Positions 50,366-63,144 of a DNA stretch of 64,000 nt are shown piece after piece (position 1 is the stretch's first letter; each line of letters opens with the position of its first letter). This DNA comes from Negativicutes bacterium. GTDB lineage: Bacteria > Bacillota > Negativicutes > UBA1444. Where the stretch lies: positions 288,001-352,000 of the forward strand of contig CAXXIN010000007.1 of NCBI GenBank assembly GCA_963665275.2, in the 5' to 3' direction. The notes beneath the pieces were generated by a model, which searched no databases, was not told the DNA's origin, and was given only the letters and a program-made list of their open reading frames with translations. The position numbers were made by a program, and so were the translations under genes.

Positions 50366-51907
50366 TTGTCGCGTTTGAAATCGCCGATTTTGCTTGCGAT
50401 TTTAGATGGATGGGGCATCGGTCGTTCTGATGACCCATCCAATGCTATTGTCCAGGCAGGCACCCCGCAAATTTCCCGCCTGATGGCCGAGTATCCCTCC
50501 ACCGCACTCGAGTGTTCCGGCGAAGCCGTCGGTCTGCCGGAAGGGCAGATGGGGAACTCTGAAGTTGGACACCTGAATATGGGATCAGGACGCATCGTGT
50601 ATCAAGAACTGACACGCATCTCCAAAGCAATCCGGGATGGCGACTTCTTCACCAATCCAGTCTTGCTGGATGTCATGCAAAAGGTGAAGAGTTCTGGTCG
50701 CGCCTTGCATTTGATGGGCCTGCTGTCTGATGGCGGAGTCCACAGCCACCTTGATCATGTCGTGGCCTTATTGGAGCTTGCCCATCGTCAAGGACTCAAG
50801 TGCGTCTATGTGCACGCGTTTCTGGATGGCCGTGATACCGCACCGTCTTCCGCCAACACTTTCGTCGATACGCTGGAAATGAAGATGCAGGAGATAGGGA
50901 CCGGACGCATTGCAAGCATCATCGGGCGTTATTACGCCATGGACCGTGATAAACGCTGGGAACGCACCCAGAGCGCCTACGAAACGTTGGTCTGCCGCAG
51001 TGGGTTCCACTCACCGACAGCCCACCAGGCCGTAGAAGACGCATATGCCAGAGGCGAAACCGATGAGTTTGTAAAACCGACCGTTATATCGACTTGTCCC
51101 GACTGTGGCATTCAGGCTGAAGACGGGATCATCTTTTTCAATTTCCGCCCCGACCGGGCTCGTCAACTCACTCGGGCGTTTATTTTTGAGGATTTTAACG
51201 ACTTCCCTCGCTGCAACGGATATTTCCCTGTTCATTACGCTTCGCTGACGCAATATGATGAAAAATTCCCGGCGCCGGTTGCCTTTCCTCCCCAATATCT
51301 CAAGGACACCTTGGGAGAAATATTCAGCCGCAATTCACTGACTCAGTTGCGAATAGCCGAAACGGAAAAGTATGCCCACGTCACTTACTTTTTCAACGGC
51401 GGGGAAGAAACACCCGTAGCAGGCGAAGACCGTCAGTTGATCCCCTCACCCAAAGTCGCCACCTATGACTTGCAGCCTGAAATGAGCGCTCCGGAACTGA
51501 CGGAAGCGATCTTGGCTGCGATCCATTCCCGCAAGTACGACTTAATCGTCTGCAACTACGCCAATGGCGACATGGTCGGTCATACAGGTATCATGCCCGC
51601 CGTTCTGAAAGCTGTCAAAACCGTAGACACCTGCGTGGGAGGTCTGGCTGATGCTATTTTGGAGACAGGCGGCTCCATGCTCATCACTGCCGATCACGGC
51701 AACGCCGATATGATGCTTGATCCTATAACCGGCGAACCGTTTACGCAGCACACAACCAACGAGGTTCCGCTGACATTGGTTTCCAACTCCTATAAAAACA
51801 GCCGGTTAAACCATGGAATTCTGGCTGACATCGCCCCGACCATCCTTGATCTGGCCGGGCTGCCGCAACCAAAATCCATGACTGGTCACAGCTTAATTCA
51901 AAAATAA
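50366..51907 (+). CDS. gpmI: 2,3-BPG-independent phosphoglycerate mutase
   Basis: [27 protein letters not shown]. Confidence 0.98.
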   Translation: MSRLKSPILLAILDGWGIGRSDDPSNAIVQAGTPQISRLMAEYPSTALECSGEAVGLPEGQMGNSEVGHLNMGSGRIVYQELTRISKAIRDGDFFTNPVLLDVMQKVKSSGRALHLMGLLSDGGVHSHLDHVVALLELAHRQGLKCVYVHAFLDGRDTAPSSANTFVDTLEMKMQEIGTGRIASIIGRYYAMDRDKRWERTQSAYETLVCRSGFHSPTAHQAVEDAYARGETDEFVKPTVISTCPDCGIQAEDGIIFFNFRPDRARQLTRAFIFEDFNDFPRCNGYFPVHYASLTQYDEKFPAPVAFPPQYLKDTLGEIFSRNSLTQLRIAETEKYAHVTYFFNGGEETPVAGEDRQLIPSPKVATYDLQPEMSAPELTEAILAAIHSRKYDLIVCNYANGDMVGHTGIMPAVLKAVKTVDTCVGGLADAILETGGSMLITADHGNADMMLDPITGEPFTQHTTNEVPLTLVSNSYKNSRLNHGILADIAPTILDLAGLPQPKSMTGHSLIQK

Positions 51908-53212
<1,305 letters not shown>

Positions 53213-53377
53213 TAATCACCGATCTCAGCAGCACCTCGAGACGAGGCCGGGTTTGACGCCCGGTCTCTTTTTATTTGGTATTGCAGGCAAACCTGAAATA
53301 TTTGTCACAAAATTGATTGTCAATGCGAAACCCCTTGTGATAAAATGTACAAGTAAAGTTAGGGGGGTGCCGAAATT

Positions 53378-53608
53378 TTGATTACAGCATTGATGATCCT
53401 GGAAGCGGTCATCTCGATTGCGTTGATCGCCTCGGTCGTTCTCCAGTCCGGCAAGAGCGCCGGTCTGTCTGGATCGATCGCCGGCGGAGCCGAAACGCTT
53501 TTCGGGGGAAAGAAAAAAGGAATGGATGAACTGTTGGCCAAGGGTACGATGATACTGGGCATAATGTTCGGCGTAGTGACATTGGCCCTGGTCCGCTTGA
53601 TGCAGTAG
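53378..53608 (+). CDS. secG: Preprotein translocase subunit SecG
   Basis: VLQSGKSAGLSGSIAGG, two TM helices, follows eno. Confidence 0.93.
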   Translation: MITALMILEAVISIALIASVVLQSGKSAGLSGSIAGGAETLFGGKKKGMDELLAKGTMILGIMFGVVTLALVRLMQ

Positions 53609-53779
53609 GCAGTTTAGTTCCATAAGTGGTGGTGCATTCGTGCCGCCACTTTTTTGCGGAAACATAAGGATACATATTTCCACCAAATCGCAGTATGGCA
53701 TATTCTATATACTTCATTTAAACCGCAAAATTAGCCAGAATTTATTAAATATTCAGCCAATAAAAAGGGGGAAATTATT

Positions 53780-55803
53780 TTGGAGAAACTACCTTATCCT
53801 GGTCAACGCTAAGTGGTGTACTGGCTCTGGCATTCGCGTATTACCTGAGCATTGGCATCAGCAAGGCCGATCCCGGCAATGCGCGTATGCAGGAGATCGC
53901 CGGCTACATCCACGAAGGCGCCATGGCCTTTCTGTATCGCGAGTATCGTTACCTCGCCGTTTTTATTGTAGTTGTTTTCGGTGTACTATCAATCTTTATT
54001 AGTTGGCAAACTGCAGTCTGCTTCCTCGGTGGCGCTTTTTGCTCCATCCTGGCCGGCTACTTCGGCATGCAGGTCGCTACCAAAGCGAACGTTCGGGCTG
54101 CCGCCGCAGCGCAGTTCGGGATCAGCCCTTCGCTCAGAATCGCCTTCTCCGGCGGTTCCGTCATGGGTATGTGCGTTGCCGGATTGGGCATGCTCGGGCT
54201 GGGCAGCTTTTACCTGTTATTCAACCAGAACATTGAACATGTGACCGGCTTTAGCCTGGGCGCCAGCTCTATCGCGTTGTTTGCCCGTGTCGGCGGCGGT
54301 ATCTATACCAAGGCTGCTGACGTCGGCGCCGACCTCGTCGGCAAAGTGGAAGCCGGCATTCCGGAGGACGATCCCCGCAACCCGGCGGTTATCGCTGATA
54401 ACGTGGGTGATAATGTCGGCGACGTAGCCGGCATGGGCGCTGACTTATTCGAGTCTTATGTTGGTTCTATCATTGGTGCGTTCACGCTTGGCGCCATCCT
54501 CTTCAAAAACGGCGAAGGCGTCCTGTTTGCTTTCTCATTATGCGGACTCGGCGTTATCGCCTGTATCCTCGGTATCCTGATTGGCCGTGACAGCAAATCC
54601 GCCAACCCTCAGACGGCATTGAACCTCGGCACCTATGTCGCTGGCGGCATTACGGTCGTTGCCTCCGCAGTACTGAGCAAAATGATCTTCGGCGACTTCA
54701 AAGCTTTTGCCGCTCTCAGCGCCGGCCTGCTCGCCGGTCTGGCAATCGGCAAGATCACCGAGATCTATACCTCAGCTGATTATCAATCAGTCAAAAATAT
54801 CGCTTTCCAATCCCAGACCGGGCCAGCTACCACGTTGATTTCCGGCATGGCTGTCGGCATGTATTCCACCATGTGGCCGATGATCTTCATGTGCGTTGGC
54901 ATGTTGGTTTCCTATTACGCCATGGGCGGAGCTCAGAACGCACTGCTCGGTCTGTATGGCATCTCGCTGGCTGCAGTCGGCATGCTGTCAACCACCGGCA
55001 TTACCGTTGCCGTTGATGCTTACGGCCCGATCTCCGATAACGCCGGCGGTATCGCCGAGATGGCGGGACTTCCCCACAGCGTGCGCGAAGTCACTGATAA
55101 ACTGGATGCGGTCGGCAATACCACTGCTGCCATCGCCAAAGGCTTTGCCATCAGTTCCGCCGCCCTCACCGCCTTGGCCCTGTTCGCCTCCTACGCTCAA
55201 GCAGTCAAACTCGATACCATCGATCTACTGGATCCGTTAACTCTGACCGGACTCTTCATCGGCGCGATGATCCCATTCCTCTTTGCCGCCCTGACAATGG
55301 AAGCAGTCGGCGATGCCGCCAATGAAATGATCGAAGAAGTTCGACGCCAATTCCGCGAGATTCCAGGCATCATGGAAGGCACCGGCAAACCGGACCATGC
55401 GAAGTGCGTCGATATTTCAACGGCTGCCGCGCTGAAAAAGATGGTTCTTCCCGGTTCTCTGGCGGTCATTCTTCCTCTGGTAATGGGCCTCCTTCTCGGC
55501 GCAGAAGCCCTGGCTGGATTCATTGCCGGCGCAGTCGTTACCGGTGTGTTGCTCGCGATATTCATGGCAAATGCAGGTGGCGCCTGGGATAACGCTAAGA
55601 AATTTATTGAAGGCGGCGAATACGGCGGCAAAGGCAGTCAGGCTCACAAAGCGGCTGTTGTTGGCGATACCGTGGGCGACCCCTTCAAAGACACTTCCTC
55701 TCCCGCCATGAACATCCTCATCAAATTGATGACAGTTGTGTCGTTGGTCTTCGCGCCGGTCATTTACCAATACGGCGGTTTCTTGGTCAAATTCATGAAA
55801 TAG
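53780..55803 (+). CDS. hppA: Membrane-bound K+-dependent (Na+ or H+) translocating pyrophosphatase; 5' end frameshifted
   Basis: [45 protein letters not shown]. Confidence 0.93.
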
Positions 55804-55813
55804 AAGGTTTCGC

Positions 55814-55848
55814 AAAAACCCCGGCTTCAAATTGAAGCCGGGGTTTTT
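55814..55848. terminator. Bidirectional terminator between hppA and ppaC
   Basis: AAAAACCCCGGCTTCA / TGAAGCCGGGGTTTTT. Confidence 0.85.
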
Positions 55849-55877
55849 ATTTGACCAAACTGCTGTATTGAAATGAT

Positions 55878-57522
55878 CTAAACTAGTTCTTCCGCCCTTG
55901 CCGCTTCAACCAAAGGCGGCACAACCTGCTTTTTGCGCGACATCGTCCCTGGCAGCACGAACGTCGTATCCGTACTTTCCTCGCCGAAAGCCCTGCGCAA
56001 TAAACTGACCGGCCTCCCCGCATGCAGTAAGTGGGTCGTTTCCTGCATAATATCCGTGACCATCAGCAACGCCAGATCATACCCTTCCTTCTGGCGCACC
56101 AGTCGACAGCGCGCCGCCCAGCTCTTCCCAACGATTGGCCAGCATGTCCGCCGCATCCATCACAGAGATCTGGCTGATTGATACCCGATAATCCGAGATC
56201 TGAAACTCCTTCAGATCGTAGCGAATGATCTCTTCGGGTTCGATCCCATTGAACCTGGATCCTGCCCGTACTACCGCCATCCCGAATTCCTGCACCTCAA
56301 CCCCTGCAGCCAAAGCCAGCCGTTCGGCCATCTCCCGGTCCTGGGGTGTGGATGTTGGCGATTTGAACAGCAATGTGTCGGATAATATCCCCGCAAGCAA
56401 GACGCCGGCAATCGCCTGCGGCATTTCCACGTTGCGATGCCAGTGCATGCTGGCCACAATTGTGGAGGTGGAGCCGACCGGGTCATGACGGATAAAAATC
56501 GGTTCACCCGTTTCTAGCCCACCCAGGCGGTGATGATCAATGATTTCAATAATATGAGCTTCCTCGATACCAGCCACAGCCTGTGTTTTTTCATTATGGT
56601 CCACCAAAATTACTTTCTCACGTTCCGGCACAATCAAGCGATCCCTGTTAATCATCCCGATGATCCTACCACTCTCCGTCACCGGATAATTACGGAATCG
56701 GGTCCGCACCGTCGTCTCGCGAATATCACTGACCAAATCAGATGGCCGGAAGGAAACGACCTGATCCTGCATGACCACCCGCACCGGTATGCTCTGGTTG
56801 ATCAGACGGGCTGCCGTATAGGTGTCGTACCGGGTCCGAAATACCAGCGTTCCCCGGCTGGCAGCCGCTTCCCGCAGTGCATTTCCAGCTCGGGCGTTCC
56901 CTGTCAGCACTAGTGCATCAATCCCGCATTCCAAAAGAGTCAGTTGTGCTTCGTCCCGGTCACCGGCGAGTGCGATGTCGCCCTGACCGATCAGTTTACG
57001 AAAGGTTTCCGCTTTGGCGGCGGCAATCCAGATCTTACCCCGAACCGTGCGATCCATATTGCCGGCAACTTCGATTCTCCCGTCCAGCACAGCCAGCAGT
57101 CCCCGAAAGGTTACGCCAGCCGAAGCCAAATCTGGCATTTCCAGTTCTTCGAAATATCGTCGGGCTAGATCGCCAAGCGATACGATCCCCAGCAAAATCC
57201 CTTTTTCATCAATCACCGCAGCCGATTTGCCATTGCTCTCCCGCATCAGTTGTCCCAGCTCACGGATCGTTTGATCCGGATTGATTGTCACTGCAATCGG
57301 CGACATGATGTCGCGCGCCCGAGGATACAAATCCGTAATCAGAACGGGAGCCTCCACCCCAAATCTTTCGAGCACATACCGAGTTTCCGCGTTAACTTTG
57401 CCAGCCCGAGCTGCCACCGCCGGCTCTCCCAGAGCCTGTTTGAGATGAGCATAGCCGATCGCTGCGCAGATAGAATCGGTGTCCGGGTTGCGGTGCCCTA
57501 TAACATATAATGGTCTCGCCAT
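55878..57522 (-). CDS. ppaC: Mn-dependent family II pyrophosphatase with CBS-DRTGG insert; frameshift near 56130
   Basis: GHRNPDTDS, LVDHNE, IDHH, ILSDT; terminal SRKKQVVP lies in the next frame. Confidence 0.9.
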
Positions 57523-57637
57523 TTAGTACCTCCATCATGCAGTCTTTAATGTAATGTATTATACTATACTTTATGCAGGGTTTGTGCGTCTCTTCGTGGA
57601 ATGCTTACAAAGGAACATTTGAAGGAGATCTATCGGC

Positions 57638-58408
57638 ATGAAGTCCATGCGAATTATGACAGGCGCTGAACCCTTTCTGCTGAAAAGCGGTCCGCGTGGC
57701 GTTCTATTGATCCACGGATTCACAGGAACCCCATCGGAAATGCGCCTTCTAGGGGAATATCTTTACCAAAAAGGCTTCACCGTTTTAGCCGTCCGATTAC
57801 CGGGTCACGGCACCGAGGTCCGGGACATGGAATCGACAACCTGGCGGCATTGGTATGGCGCGGCTATTGACGGCTTCAATTTATTGACGGGAATTTGCGA
57901 TGAAGTGAACGTTGTCGGCTTGTCGATGGGAGGCCTTTTGGCATTGAAACTTGCGGCGGAATATCCCGTTAAGCGGGTCGTCTCCTTGAGTACGCCAATT
58001 TATCTAGCAGAAACACGCATCCCTTTTCTCCCTCTCTATCGATTGTTTCGTCGTTTCATTCCCAAAAAGCGCCGCGATTATGATATTAATCCGCGTTATT
58101 TTGTCGGCTACGACAGTACCCCGTTAGCCAGTTTGTCCAGTCTGCTTGAACTCATTCAATCCGTACAGAAGGACCTCCCCCAGGTTCACTGCCCATCCCT
58201 GGTGGTACAGTCCCGACGTGAGCACACCGTTCGTCCTGAAAGCGCGACATTCATCTTGGAACGCTTGGGTTCAAGTCAAAAAGAACTCTTCTGGCTCAAA
58301 AATTCCGGCCATATCGTCACCGTGGATATCGAGCGGGAAACTGTTTTCGCCAAAGTGGCCAATTTTCTGGATTCAACGATTTCAAGGAGTGAATGCCCCA
58401 ATGATTAA
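57638..58408 (+). CDS. Carboxylesterase (alpha/beta hydrolase, YvaK-like)
   Basis: HGFTG, LPGHG, GLSMGG, SGH; conserved position before rnr. Confidence 0.92.
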   Translation: MKSMRIMTGAEPFLLKSGPRGVLLIHGFTGTPSEMRLLGEYLYQKGFTVLAVRLPGHGTEVRDMESTTWRHWYGAAIDGFNLLTGICDEVNVVGLSMGGLLALKLAAEYPVKRVVSLSTPIYLAETRIPFLPLYRLFRRFIPKKRRDYDINPRYFVGYDSTPLASLSSLLELIQSVQKDLPQVHCPSLVVQSRREHTVRPESATFILERLGSSQKELFWLKNSGHIVTVDIERETVFAKVANFLDSTISRSECPND

Positions 58409-59483
58409 CCGCAAGAACCTTTCGCAGGTTTTATCCGCCTGCTTTTGCCTGGCGCTCTTTTTCAGCGCATCCGTTACAGTTTCCTCCGCCCAGGCCGCGA
58501 CGAAACCTGCTGCCAAACCTGCTCCGACTGCAGCAACAACACCTGCTGTTCCCTTCACGATGGAAAAGCCTCCTGACTGGATTTTGTCGCAGGCAGGAGA
58601 ATGTGACACCCTCACTCTTTTTCTCCGCAGTCCGACAGAGCCAATGCTGCAGCTATTTTTCTTTCCCAGGTTCGGCCCAGTTTACATGACGCAGGAACAA
58701 AAAACCAATGATCTGCAGTTCGAAGTGATGAGCGGGCAAAAGATGAGCCGCCTGGATATGCCGGTCGTGGAACCGCTGACCCCGGAGAACTTCGCGCGTT
58801 TCCTGCCCCAAGTGCTGCAGATGAAAACGGTCCGCGAATTTCTGCCGGAACGACCGAAGGTCCGCGTTGTAGAACCCATCACTACCACAGTGCAAAAAAA
58901 GACTCTCGACTATCAGGATTCCCAGACTGCCATCATCCGGGTCCTGTTTGTGCAGGACAATCGATTGGGTGAAGCGCTGATTTCCCTGACTACCGTTCCC
59001 TCCCCAGAATTCCGCAACGCTCCTGGCGGGGGTATCGGCATGGGCTATATGCTCTACGGTCTGGCCGCGCCCAAAGGCGAGCTCTCGGCCCAACTGCCAA
59101 CGCTGCTTGCTGCCGGCCGTTCGTTCAAACTGGGGCCCGAATATGAAAAAAAATGTCGCAAAGATCGCGCTGAAGATTTGCCTACCTTATTACCTGACGG
59201 GCAGTCTTTAAAGGCGGTTCTGGATGCCATGGCCCTGGTATGGGAAAAGAGGTCACCCGCCGAGGACATGCAGACAGAAAAAAAAGCCGACAGCCTGCGC
59301 GGCGTCGAGCGCCTCTACCGACCCACGACAGGGGATGTTTACGAGTTTCCGCTCGGCTTCATCTCCTCTTATCTGGCGCAACCCGCGTCATATAATCTAA
59401 GTGACTTGCGCCCCTTGCCGGACGAGCCTGCACTATGGCTGAAAACCCCGCTGAGCGGCTCACAGTCCGTGACCAAAAAATAA
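58401..59483 (+). CDS. Secreted hypothetical protein
   Basis: Signal peptide ending AQA, Ala/Pro/Thr linker, RBS AAGGAG. Confidence 0.7.
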   Translation: MINRKNLSQVLSACFCLALFFSASVTVSSAQAATKPAAKPAPTAATTPAVPFTMEKPPDWILSQAGECDTLTLFLRSPTEPMLQLFFFPRFGPVYMTQEQKTNDLQFEVMSGQKMSRLDMPVVEPLTPENFARFLPQVLQMKTVREFLPERPKVRVVEPITTTVQKKTLDYQDSQTAIIRVLFVQDNRLGEALISLTTVPSPEFRNAPGGGIGMGYMLYGLAAPKGELSAQLPTLLAAGRSFKLGPEYEKKCRKDRAEDLPTLLPDGQSLKAVLDAMALVWEKRSPAEDMQTEKKADSLRGVERLYRPTTGDVYEFPLGFISSYLAQPASYNLSDLRPLPDEPALWLKTPLSGSQSVTKK

Positions 59484-59496
59484 AGGAGACTTTCCC

Positions 59497-59904
59497 ATGC
59501 AAAAAGAACTCGAAGCGCAAAACGAATGGTGTTTTGCCTGTGGCCGCCTGAATCCCTGCGGTCTCAAGCTCACTTTCGAAGAAATCGATGATACCTATAT
59601 CACCCATTTTACCGGTGCCCCAGAGCATCAAGGATATGATGGAATCATGCACGGTGGCATCGTCAGCACACTATTGGACGAGATCATGGCCCGTTACATC
59701 TATGCCAAAGGGGTCACTGCCGTCACCGCCCGCCTGGAGGTGCGTTACCTGAAACCTACCCCCATCGGAGTTCCCCTGCTGATCAAAGGACGCATCGCCC
59801 GCCACAAGGGCCGCATATACGAAACGACAGGCACGATCGAATTGCCGGACGGAACGGTGACCGCTGAAGGCGTGGCCAAAGTTTTCGTCACCGATCCATC
59901 ATGA
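59497..59904 (+). CDS. PaaI family thioesterase
   Basis: CFACG..NP.GL, HQGYDGIMHGGIVSTLLDE. Confidence 0.92.
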   Translation: MQKELEAQNEWCFACGRLNPCGLKLTFEEIDDTYITHFTGAPEHQGYDGIMHGGIVSTLLDEIMARYIYAKGVTAVTARLEVRYLKPTPIGVPLLIKGRIARHKGRIYETTGTIELPDGTVTAEGVAKVFVTDPS

Positions 59905-61985
59905 AAATGATTGAAGGACGCCTACAACTGTCGGGGCGGGGATTCGGATTCGTGATTCCGTCGATTCCGGAGGAACCCGATGTTTTCATCCCGCGCGAAG
60001 GCTTGCAGGATGCCATGCACGGGGATCAGGTGTCCGTGCAGGTACTTGATCGAGTCTCGACTGCCGGACGAAAGGCCGAGGGGCAGATCGTCAAAGTTCT
60101 GCGGCGAGCCAACACCCATATCGTCGGCTCCTTCACCGCCAGTCGCGGCGTTTTCAATGTTCAACCCTCCGATGTGAAGATTTCCACCACGATAGTAGTT
60201 CCCCCCAAAGCGATCAACGGAGCACGCGCCGGTGACCAGGTCATCGTTGAAATAACCCGCTGGCCGCAAAAAGGCGGACCTGCGGAAGGAAAAGTCACGG
60301 AGATTCTCGGCCGGATCGGTGAGCCGGGCGTTGACGTATTGACAGTCATTGCCGCCCACCAGCTCCCCCGCGACTTTCCTCCAGCTGTCGCCCAGGCTGC
60401 AGAGCGCGTCCCTGCCGCCATTTTACCGGCCGAACTCGAAGGACGCCGCGATTTGCGCGATCTGGCAACAGTCACCATCGACTCAGAAGACGCCAAAGAC
60501 CTCGATGATGCCGTTCACGTCGAGCGAATCGGGCCTGGCCAGTACCGGCTCGGCGTCCATATCGCCGATGTCAGTCACTATGTGCGGGAAAACAGCCCGT
60601 TGGACATCGAAGCCCGCTTGCGCGGCACCAGCGTCTATCTCGTGGACCGGGTCATCCCCATGCTGCCGCATCGCCTTTCCAACGGCATCTGCAGTCTGAA
60701 TCACGGCGAGGATCGTCTGACCCTCTCAGCCTCCATGGATATCGACGGCAACGGCCGTGTAACCCGCTATGAGATTTTCCCCAGCGTCATCCGCGTCAAT
60801 ACCCGCCTCAGCTACAAAATCGTGCGCGGCATTCTCGCAGACAAAGACGCCACGCTACGCCAGCAATACGCGCCCCTGGTTCCCATGCTCGAAATGATGG
60901 AACAGCTCGCCGATGTTCTGCGCAAAAAGCGTAGCCGCCGCGGCGCTATCGATTTTGATCTGCCGGAAATCAAAGTCTTGCTCGATGACCAGGGTCATAC
61001 GATTGGCCTCGATAAACGGATACGAACAGTGTCCGAATCGATCATCGAAGAATTCATGCTCGCCGCCAATGAAACGGTTGCCGAGCATATGGACCGACGG
61101 GATATCCCCTTCGTGTACCGGGTCCATGCCGATCCCGACCCGGAGAAAATGGCCAAGCTCGCAGACCTGTTGCGCAGTTTCGGCCAACACATCGGCGCAT
61201 GGACGGAAGTAAAACCGATGGACCTGCAAAAAGCACTCACCTGGATGGAAGGACGCCCCGAGGAAAAAATGGTATCCACCCTCATGCTCCGTTCTTTGAA
61301 ACAGGCGCGATACGAAGCGGAAAATGCCGGTCACTTCGGACTGGCCGCCAAATACTACACCCATTTTACCTCTCCCATCCGTCGCTACCCTGACCTCATC
61401 GTTCACCGCCTGCTGCATGAAACGATGCAAGGTCCCCTCTCCCCGGAACGTCGCGAGCAGCTCCTGCAATTGCTGCCGAAGATAGCCGCCGACTCCTCCG
61501 ACCGCGAACGGGCCGCGACCGAGGCGGAACGCGAATCGGTCGATATGAAGACAGCCGAATACATGGTACAATTCATCGGGGAAGAATTCCCCTCCACCAT
61601 CGCCGGCGTCACCTCGTTCGGATTCTTCATTGAGCTGGAAAACGGTGTGGAAGGTCTCGTTCATATCTCCTCCCTGGATGATGACTACTATCAATACATG
61701 GAAGATCAGCATTGCCTGATCGGAGATCGCCTGAAGAAAAGATACCGACTGGGGGATGCGGTCACCGTTCGCCTGATTCGCGCCAATCCGGCAGACCGGA
61801 CCATTGATTTCACATTGGCATCATCGCCAGTCTCGCGCAGACCGACCCCTCCTCGACCGCCAGCCGCAGGGCCCGCTGGTCGTAAACCATCCAAATCGAA
61901 AAGTTCAAGTCAAAGAAAAAAATCAGAGGTGAGCCCCAGTGTCGGAAAAACCAAAAAGCATAAAGATCGTCGCCGAAAACCGTAG
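59901..61985 (+). CDS. rnr: Ribonuclease R
   Basis: GFGFV, TIDSEDAKDLDDA, HFTSPIRRYPD, S1 domain, basic tail. Confidence 0.97.
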   Translation: MKMIEGRLQLSGRGFGFVIPSIPEEPDVFIPREGLQDAMHGDQVSVQVLDRVSTAGRKAEGQIVKVLRRANTHIVGSFTASRGVFNVQPSDVKISTTIVVPPKAINGARAGDQVIVEITRWPQKGGPAEGKVTEILGRIGEPGVDVLTVIAAHQLPRDFPPAVAQAAERVPAAILPAELEGRRDLRDLATVTIDSEDAKDLDDAVHVERIGPGQYRLGVHIADVSHYVRENSPLDIEARLRGTSVYLVDRVIPMLPHRLSNGICSLNHGEDRLTLSASMDIDGNGRVTRYEIFPSVIRVNTRLSYKIVRGILADKDATLRQQYAPLVPMLEMMEQLADVLRKKRSRRGAIDFDLPEIKVLLDDQGHTIGLDKRIRTVSESIIEEFMLAANETVAEHMDRRDIPFVYRVHADPDPEKMAKLADLLRSFGQHIGAWTEVKPMDLQKALTWMEGRPEEKMVSTLMLRSLKQARYEAENAGHFGLAAKYYTHFTSPIRRYPDLIVHRLLHETMQGPLSPERREQLLQLLPKIAADSSDRERAATEAERESVDMKTAEYMVQFIGEEFPSTIAGVTSFGFFIELENGVEGLVHISSLDDDYYQYMEDQHCLIGDRLKKRYRLGDAVTVRLIRANPADRTIDFTLASSPVSRRPTPPRPPAAGPAGRKPSKSKSSSQRKKSEVSPSVGKTKKHKDRRRKP

Positions 61986-62412
61986 GGCCCGGCACGATTA
62001 CCATATTCACGAAACTTTCGAAGCCGGTATCGTACTGACCGGCACCGAGATCAAATCTCTCAGGGGCGGACGAGCCAACCTGACGGATTCGTATGCGAAA
62101 ATCGAAAACAAGGAACTCTTCCTGATCAGCGCCCATATCAGCCCTTATGAGCAAGGCAACCGGTTCAACCATGAACCGCGGCGCAATCGCAAACTTCTGA
62201 TGCACAAGGCAGAGATCGTGCGTCTACTCAGTAAGACCCGCGAAAAAGGGTTTACCCTGGTGCCGCTCAAAATCTATCTGTCGCATGGCATGGCCAAAGT
62301 CGAACTGGCTCTGGCCAGCGGCAAGGATCTCTACGACAAACGGCAATCAGCCGCCGAACATGACGCCAAACGTGAAGTCGACCGGGTGATGCGGGATCGG
62401 GAACGCCAATAG
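61939..62412 (+). CDS. smpB: SsrA-binding protein
   Basis: NRRARHDY, EAGIVLTGTEIKS, RKLLMH, YDKR. Confidence 0.97.
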   Translation: MSEKPKSIKIVAENRRARHDYHIHETFEAGIVLTGTEIKSLRGGRANLTDSYAKIENKELFLISAHISPYEQGNRFNHEPRRNRKLLMHKAEIVRLLSKTREKGFTLVPLKIYLSHGMAKVELALASGKDLYDKRQSAAEHDAKREVDRVMRDRERQ

Positions 62413-62508
62413 GTGTAACCCACTCCCCTTCTCCCTCTCATTAAATTATGTTATAATAAGAATGCAAACGTGCAGCGATTCGTTTTTGCCAACCAACGAC
62501 CCTCATAC

Positions 62509-62859
62509 GGGGGCGTACTGGTTTCGACAGGGGCAGTTGTGGCATGGTAAGCGAGCCGGGATCCCACCAGCCCGCAATACGGTGGAAAAAGCATAACTGC
62601 AAACAACGAATACGCTTTAGCAGCTTAGTCTGCTAACGTTCAGCCCCCGCCCTTCTCGCGGCAGGGGATCTGAGCGCCGCAATGCGAGATACCTTAAGGC
62701 CTGACTCCCGGAGGGCCGACAGGGAAATTTTACTGGGATAGTGGAACCGGAGCTTGTCAGGGGGCGCTGGAACTGCAAAATTCAAATCACTGACTGCGCT
62801 CGGAGAAAGCCATGTGGCGACGCTTTTGGACAGGGGTTCGATTCCCCTCGCCTCCACCA
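62509..62859 (+). ncRNA. ssrA: tmRNA, tag peptide ANNEYALAA (62599-62628)
   Basis: GGGGGCG...GGTTTCGAC 5' end, T-arm and CGCCTCCACCA 3' end, follows smpB. Confidence 0.97.
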
Positions 62860-62878
62860 ATCAAATCCATCTATAATG

Positions 62879-62905
62879 AAAGCCCGCGAAATTCGCGGGC
62901 TTTTT
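62879..62905 (+). terminator. tmRNA terminator
   Basis: AAAGCCCGCGAA-A-TTCGCGGGCTTTTT. Confidence 0.85.
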
Positions 62906-63144
62906 GCTATATGCATGGGAATGGCTGGATATCGTTATCCTAAAGTTGCGCACATTTGAAAAAAGGGTTGGTGAAGGTAGGCGCGACCATGCAAAAAGAC
63001 ATACTTACTAAGGAAATAGTCCAATCGATACTTCCTTAAATAGTGTTAATTTGAAGGAAATACCTTTTTAATGTTTAATACTACACATCAAATCATAATC
63101 TTTACAAATGAAATTTTTCAACTTATGAGGGGTGATAATGGGAT

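Noticed and set aside
53335-53352. Rex-like palindrome TTGTGATAAAATGTACAA before secG
   Set aside because: Imperfect match that coincides with the likely extended -10 element; insufficient support.
61939-61985. 47-nt rnr/smpB overlap as a special regulatory device
   Set aside because: It involves only the low-complexity basic tail of RNase R in a conserved operon.
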